Part shown: piece by piece, positions 58,201 through 64,000 of the stretch
How the letters are laid out: every line of letters starts with the position of its first letter
Numbering within the stretch: the stretch's first letter is position 1
From: Schizochytrium sp. TIO01
Taxonomy: Eukaryota; Protista; Bigyra: Labyrinthulomycetes
Assembly: GCA_004764695.1 (NCBI GenBank)
Contig: SMSO01000031.1
Coordinates: 4,936,436-5,000,435 of the forward strand
DNA: 64,000 nt
Direction of reading: 5' to 3'
Made by a program: the position numbers and the translations under genes
Notes under the pieces: generated by a model
Database searches by the model: none
Seen by the model: only the letters and a program-made list of their open reading frames with translations
What the model was told of the DNA's origin: nothing

Positions 58201-61200
58201 GAAGAGAGCAAGCAGGAACTGCCTAACATATGAATCTAAATTGTAGGTACGCATCGGCGTCATCTCTGTTTATTGGAAACGAGCGGCGGAATGGCTAAGT
58301 GCTGGGAGGCAGATGCTTAAGGAGTGAGCGGTGTGCTGTTGATGAATTGGTCGCTGATGCTTACACAGCATTGCGTTCGTATTCGAATGCTCAGTTCTTT
58401 TCACCTTTGAAAGACAAGGGACTACTTTCCTCTTCTCTTCTTGTCATTAAAAAAGAATAAATAAATAAATAAATATAGTTTGCCTTTTTCTTTAATTTTA
58501 TTTAAAATATTTGATTTTGATTTTTAAAATTGAAAATTAATAAAAACAACTTGAGTCCTTCTGATGATGTGCGATATAATAGCAATAATAATAAAAGGGT
58601 TTTTTTATTTTGTTTTAAATATATATATATAAGTAGCTTGTTTTGGTAGGGGGCAGTAATAATGCCACTATCTGACGAGTTTGGAAGTTGTTGGGTGAGA
58701 CGAATGAAAGACACCTTTGAAAGACAAGATAGAAAGATAGAGAGCATGGCGTCAAAACCACCACGACGACTTGTGAGTTTTATATGATCAATCAATCAAT
58801 GAACGAATCTATGAAGCTCTTTAGCGACATGCTGAAGTAAAGCGAGCGAGAGCGAATCGGAGCACATATTTAAAGCAAACCGACACAGATTTATCGCTCC
58901 AGAGATAGATGGCGGAAGGAAGCCAGGGAAAGGCCATACAAACAAACATCCATCCATCCATCTACACATGCATATTATTACATAGGCTCTTCTAGAAAGG
59001 CGTCAATATTTGGAACCACCTGAGGCCAGAACAGACGAGAACCACCTAAACTTCCACCTAATCTGTTAGGCAGGTACTACTGTACTTCTTCTTTTTATTT
59101 AAAATAAATAAATAAATATTATAATAAATCATAAATCATAAATAAAATCTCTTTCATCCAAAACTACTTCTACCCCTATCTAGCTAGGCACTTAGGTACA
59201 TCATATAAGAGACCATCAGCATCGTCAATAGTTTGTTTAGCTTGTTTAGCATCGTGAATCGTCGTGCATGGAGCGAGGAATCGAGACACCCGCGGGGCTT
59301 GAAGGCGGAGCATCGCCGGTCTCCTTGGAGGAGCGAAAGAAAGCCCTCGACGCCGGCCTGTCGCTCCAGACGTCTTGGCTCGCCTGGAGACGGCTTCGAG
59401 AGAGCTGAGCTGGCTAGCCAGCTGGAGAGATCTTGAGGTTGGTTCATCTCCTTTCCCCATCTGGGCGACCTGCAGAAGATCCTTTGCAGAGCAGAGCAGA
59501 CGGTGAACTTAGACACGAAAGCATTGGACATGCGAGGTGCAGCTTCAGAACAGCTGCCGAAGAGCCTCGAGGACGCGCCGGCGCTAGGCGGGCAGAGGTG
59601 CGAAGGCACCACCCATGCGCGGCTAGCTAGCTAGCTTGAGTGTCTGCTGCGGCGTTGCAGGCTCGGGCGGGCTTGCTCGACTCTCGCTCGAAGCAAGTCG
59701 CTCGCTCCTCAAGACAGCGACAGACAGACGACGGCAACCAGCGCAGAGCAGAGCAGAGCAGAAGCGCAAAGCGATCGGAAGCCCCGAAGCAGACAAGCAT
59801 AGCTAGCTATCAATCAAACTAGCAATGCTTCGCAGCGTACCCAAGCTAAGAACAGCCAAGAACAGGCAACAGTAGCCAAGAGCAGGCAAGAGGATAGCAT
59901 AGCAAAGCCAAGCCACGAGCTTGAGCCCTTTCCGTGTCCGTGGACCGCGTGCACTGCGGCACAGGATAGCGGCGTTGGTCTCCAGTGGCATGAATGCATG
60001 CATGCATGCCCTACGTGCAAGTTGGGCTCTTTCTTTCACAGTTCCTTGGCAGGCCTGAGAAGAGGGCCCCACGCCTGTGAACACGGCACACCTTCTATAA
60101 GCTCCGCTGCTAAAGCAAATTGTTGGCGCTGGCGGCTTCGAGCTGTTGGCATTCGGGCACCTGCTGCTGCTGCCTGCGAGGATCGACTCGATTCAACTAG
60201 ATTAGATCTTGTCTAATTAAAATACAATTTGATATGATCTGATCTGATCTGATCTAATCTAATCTAATCTGATTCATGGCGCTGCGCGAGATGAGGGCAA
60301 CGGACTAGAATGCCGCAAGACCGTGATGGACCCGGCGGAGAAGGCGTTGCGGCCGAAATCAGTTATGCAAGAGGGCCTCCCTCCAGACGTGCGAGTGTGG
60401 GAAAGACCTGAAAGACCTCCCTCCTTTCCGTGTTGCTCAGTAGGAACGTAGGAAAGCAAAGGATCGAAGCCTGATTTGCAAGGATTGCTGCTGCATCCAT
60501 GGCAGTACGTACGCTCAGAGCAGCGCAGCATAAGGCGCGCGGCCCAAAGTAAAACCGGGCAAACCGCCCTGACGGAGCAAGACCGACCGTCGCTCGTCGG
60601 CATCGGCATCGGCATCGCCACCGCCATCGCCATCGCCAGCTGCCGTGGTATTCTGTCGGTCGGAATGCCTGAGAAATAAAGAAAGAAACTAGATAAAGAA
60701 GAAAGAAAGAAAGAAAGAAAGAAAGATATACCCGTCCTCAGGCAGAACCAGGGAGCCAGGCAAGATAGCGAACAGGTCTAGCTAGCTAGCTACTGCTTGC
60801 TGCCATCGACGGAGTGACTGAGTGAGTGGCGTTACAAAAAAGAAGAAAACTTTGTGCTCTGGTCTTCCACTCACTCGCCCGAAGATGCAGAGGTTTGGGC
60901 AGCGGGGGGCTGCTGATTTATGCTGTTAGTCGGCACGGGCATTCCTTAATTCCTTAATTCCTTCATTCCTTAATTCCTTCATTCATTCCTTCATTCATTC
61001 ATTCATTTAGTCATTCATTCATTTTAGCATTCATTTATTCATTTATTCATGTAATGAGAGGGTGGGAAACCTTACGTTCGACCCTGGCGAACGATCCACT
61101 GACTTGAAGTACCGATGCAGAGGAGGTACGTAGTCCGAGTATTCATGGAGAAACAACTTTGTTCTTCCAAAGGAATTGCGACTCCCCCTTACCTACTTTT

Positions 61201-61650
61201 TTACTTTTACTTTTAACTTTAAATTTTAGAATTGACTTAAAACATCATGTATATGGTAGAGGATATACATATATAGATATTTTTTTTCTTAAGTAATGAT
61301 TGATTGGTCCTATTTTTCATGTTTGTTCGCGAGACGTTTGAAGATTCCTTGCGCCACCAGATAAGTGAGAGAAATGCCTGGCAGATAAGCAGGACCCGGT
61401 ACAGAAAACGTCCACGTCGCCTCCTAGCAGAATAAAGGCACAACAGGAGGGTGTATAGCTAGAGGGGCTTGCTTTGAAATAGAGTTCGAGTTCTAGCTGT
61501 TGGTCGGTTGGCACTGCTGTTTTCTTTTCTTTCTCCTTTCTTCGAGTGCGCTTTCAAAAATTACGTGGCTCGATTACACAATGAATGAATGACCTTGTAA
61601 TCGTTCCCTACCTCCTAAGTAAGCAAGCAAGCAAGCAAGCAAGAAGCAGG
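55288..61650. repeat. Scattered microsatellites (CATGA)n, (CATT)n, (ACAA)n, (GAGT)n, (ACACG)n, (GATCT)n, (AAAG)n, (GCAA)n
   Basis: Directly visible; no credible coding ORF in the interval. Confidence 0.85.
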
Positions 61651-62549
61651 AAAGACCTCAACTGCCTAAGGTGACGCCCCTGTCCGAGTGCTTCTTATAT
61701 TACTTTAGGGGCAAGATACGGGGCTGATACGTTTTATAGCAACTTATAGACGATGTAACGCATGCATAAAGGGCTGTGCCACGAATATCTAAAGAAGCTA
61801 GCAGACTAACCCACAAGAGGCCATAAAAGATTCCCACAACTCACTCGAGTGTGTGTTGGTTTTTGTCCTCGCAACATCTACTCGCTAGGATGAATAGGTA
61901 AAACCATTGCCATTGCGATGGAAACTAGTTATTGTGAGAGCCTTAAGAAGCGTTGAACTGTGGGCACGTGTTGTAAGGTTCTGCACATGATGTTAGTAGT
62001 TTGTAGTTGTGATTGTTTACTTTTACTTCCCCGAGAGAATGACTTGTTACGCTTTTTCTTATTGAAGGTACTACCCAGGCATCTTTTTATTTCTTTTCCA
62101 TCTTTCTTTTTCTTTTTCTTTTTTTTTCAATTCAAAGGTTCATAAGTAGGCCTATTATTTATTATTATTAATATTTGTTTTAATCTCAATGATCAATAGG
62201 TAGGCCTAGATAATAATCAAAACTTAAAATTAAGAGATGCAAATGAAGAAGAATTCGATCTCCAGAGAATTCTAGGATCTATTGAAAACGTTACACTAGT
62301 TATCTTGTATCCTCAAAGAGAAGGAATCATCCTATGTACTCAGATCTTTAACAACCATGCCATCAGAGCCATCCATGCCATTCATATTTATGTCATGAAA
62401 ATCAAGCAAGCCAAGCAGCCAGTGCACGAGGGGGGGGGGGCTCGTTGTTCAAGCTCATGCAAGCTGGTGGCTGAGGTTGAATTGAAGATAGACCCGATTG
62501 GAAAGCGAGAACTTCGCATTGCCATTGATTGAATGGATACAATCAATGC

Positions 62550-63895
62550 GGCCTGCAGATTCGCAACGCGATCATTTCATTTTCAATCTGCAGAGGCACT
62601 ATTTTGCGAGACCTGATCTTTCAAGAATCCTATCGTTGAGAAAGGGAGAAGGAGCTTGGCAATAAAAGAGTATACCCATAGCAACGGAGATTTACAGAGA
62701 ATGCTTCATGATCCTCTTCGCAACCAACGGAATGCTGACCAAAACAGGCACTCGTAATTTGCAACTGAGCGCAGTGCACAACAAGCTTCGCTTGAATACC
62801 ACTCGCTCTGCGGATTTTTTATATGAAATGAAACTCACGAGACCCTCAATCACATTGCAAAAAGCAAGCAGGTTGCAACACAATCTGATAAGTATCCTAG
62901 CTATCCTAAGGTTCTGACTGGATCAACGAAGATGTGATTACCAATACTAAGACTTAAACGCCAGACGCCAATTAAGTGACAGGTATTGTAGCGTGCAGAG
63001 CATCTTCACGACATTCTATTATCGATTTCTCAAACTAATCGATTTATTTCAGATTCTGTCAAAGCTGGCTTAGCAGGCGAATGCCAAAGGTTAGCTATAG
63101 CAAGCAATGCTGGACCTCGAGACGCAGGTGGGCTCTTTGTGTCTCTTGATAGCTACAAAACTTTTCATAAAACAAAGAAAAATCTGTCGGTAGGAACAGC
63201 TTTCACGGTGCAAACGAATAGAATCCGAAACTCTAATAACAATGCCCTCAAAACACACAAGAACCTAGCAGGTGGTCAGGCTCTATAGTTTAGCTTACTC
63301 TGGCTTAACAAACCAAAATGTGAAAATCTATTTCCATGGGACCTAGTAGGTATCTGTCCAAAATCTTTCGGGAATTTGTTTCTAAACCCAATCTGCAGCA
63401 ACCAAAGTACAAATGAGACGACATTTGGTAACAAGTTTGAATAGAACAGAAGTTTTATAGACAATTGTTGCTGTCGAGCCCACTATTTCAAAGTTGTCGA
63501 CGAAATCCATACATAATTTATTCAGATTTCTTGTTTGCAAATCACCTGCGCCTCCTGATGTGCCGTAACGAAACCTCCGTTTATTTGTTCGTCTCAAAAC
63601 TTGAAGTTTCATTATTACACACTACCTAGTTCGCCCCCTGAAGTAATTTTATTTTGTCCATAGTTTCCATTTGTTGTTACCCATTTCGTGATTCAGATGG
63701 ACCGCGAGGCCTCTAGTTACATAGTATACATATATACTCATTCTTTAACAATGCCTGTGATTCTGAGATGCGTGAGACCTGCTTACGCGATATACCGCCC
63801 TTCCGAGGACCTGCAAATGGCAGCGCCATCGCTGCAAAGCACACCACAAAATTACTAACGGCAGTGGCGAGTACTATTATTTCTTGATCGTTCAT
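62550..63895 (-). pseudogene. Possible decayed secreted/LRR-like gene
   Basis: Signal-peptide-like short ORF (63895-63713), followed by broken fragments KLQVLR, LLFYSNLL, FPKDFGQ..GNRFS and QNLRI.RIL.L..N. Confidence 0.2.
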
Positions 63896-64000
63896 TACTA
63901 TTTGTTTAAAAAAAGTTTGTTTTTTTAAAGTAAGTTCTTACTAGTAATGTACTTACGGTGCCTATCACCTACATAGTGTATTTCTCTATTAAATGTTTCA

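Noticed and set aside
61055-61100. GTTCGA T-loop-like word suggesting a tRNA
   Set aside because: No cloverleaf stems or D-arm could be built.

Overview
Eukaryotic, intron-poor, microsatellite-rich nuclear DNA. Gene content and style suggest a stramenopile, possibly a thraustochytrid (inference). About 14 protein-coding genes are supported: CCDC6/DUF2046-like coiled coil, a 2-exon protein with a PROSER3-like N-terminal motif, kinesin, U2AF65, Ure2p/YfcG-type GST, two hypotheticals, a PRAI-like TIM barrel, RUS1/DUF647, MATH-BTB-BACK with a SAP-like tail, an EF-hand protein, a ~2460-aa Nopp140-like RING protein, a membrane-anchored pseudo-lipase, and a D-type-like cyclin. The kinesin and the RING protein are each split by one +1 frameshift. 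Decayed genes lie between the intact ones: a clear CDC40/PRP17 pseudogene head-to-head with U2AF65, a probable SDR remnant and possible LRR remnants. Two gene-free, microsatellite-dense regions lie upstream of the MATH-BTB gene (~5 kb, including a cluster of a 14-bp motif) and the cyclin (~10 kb). I saw no rRNA, tRNA, CRISPR array or intact mobile element. No multi-gene novel system can be shown from sequence alone; the best leads are the 14-bp motif cluster, the MATH-BTB-SAP fusion, the pseudo-lipase and the pattern of in-situ gene decay.
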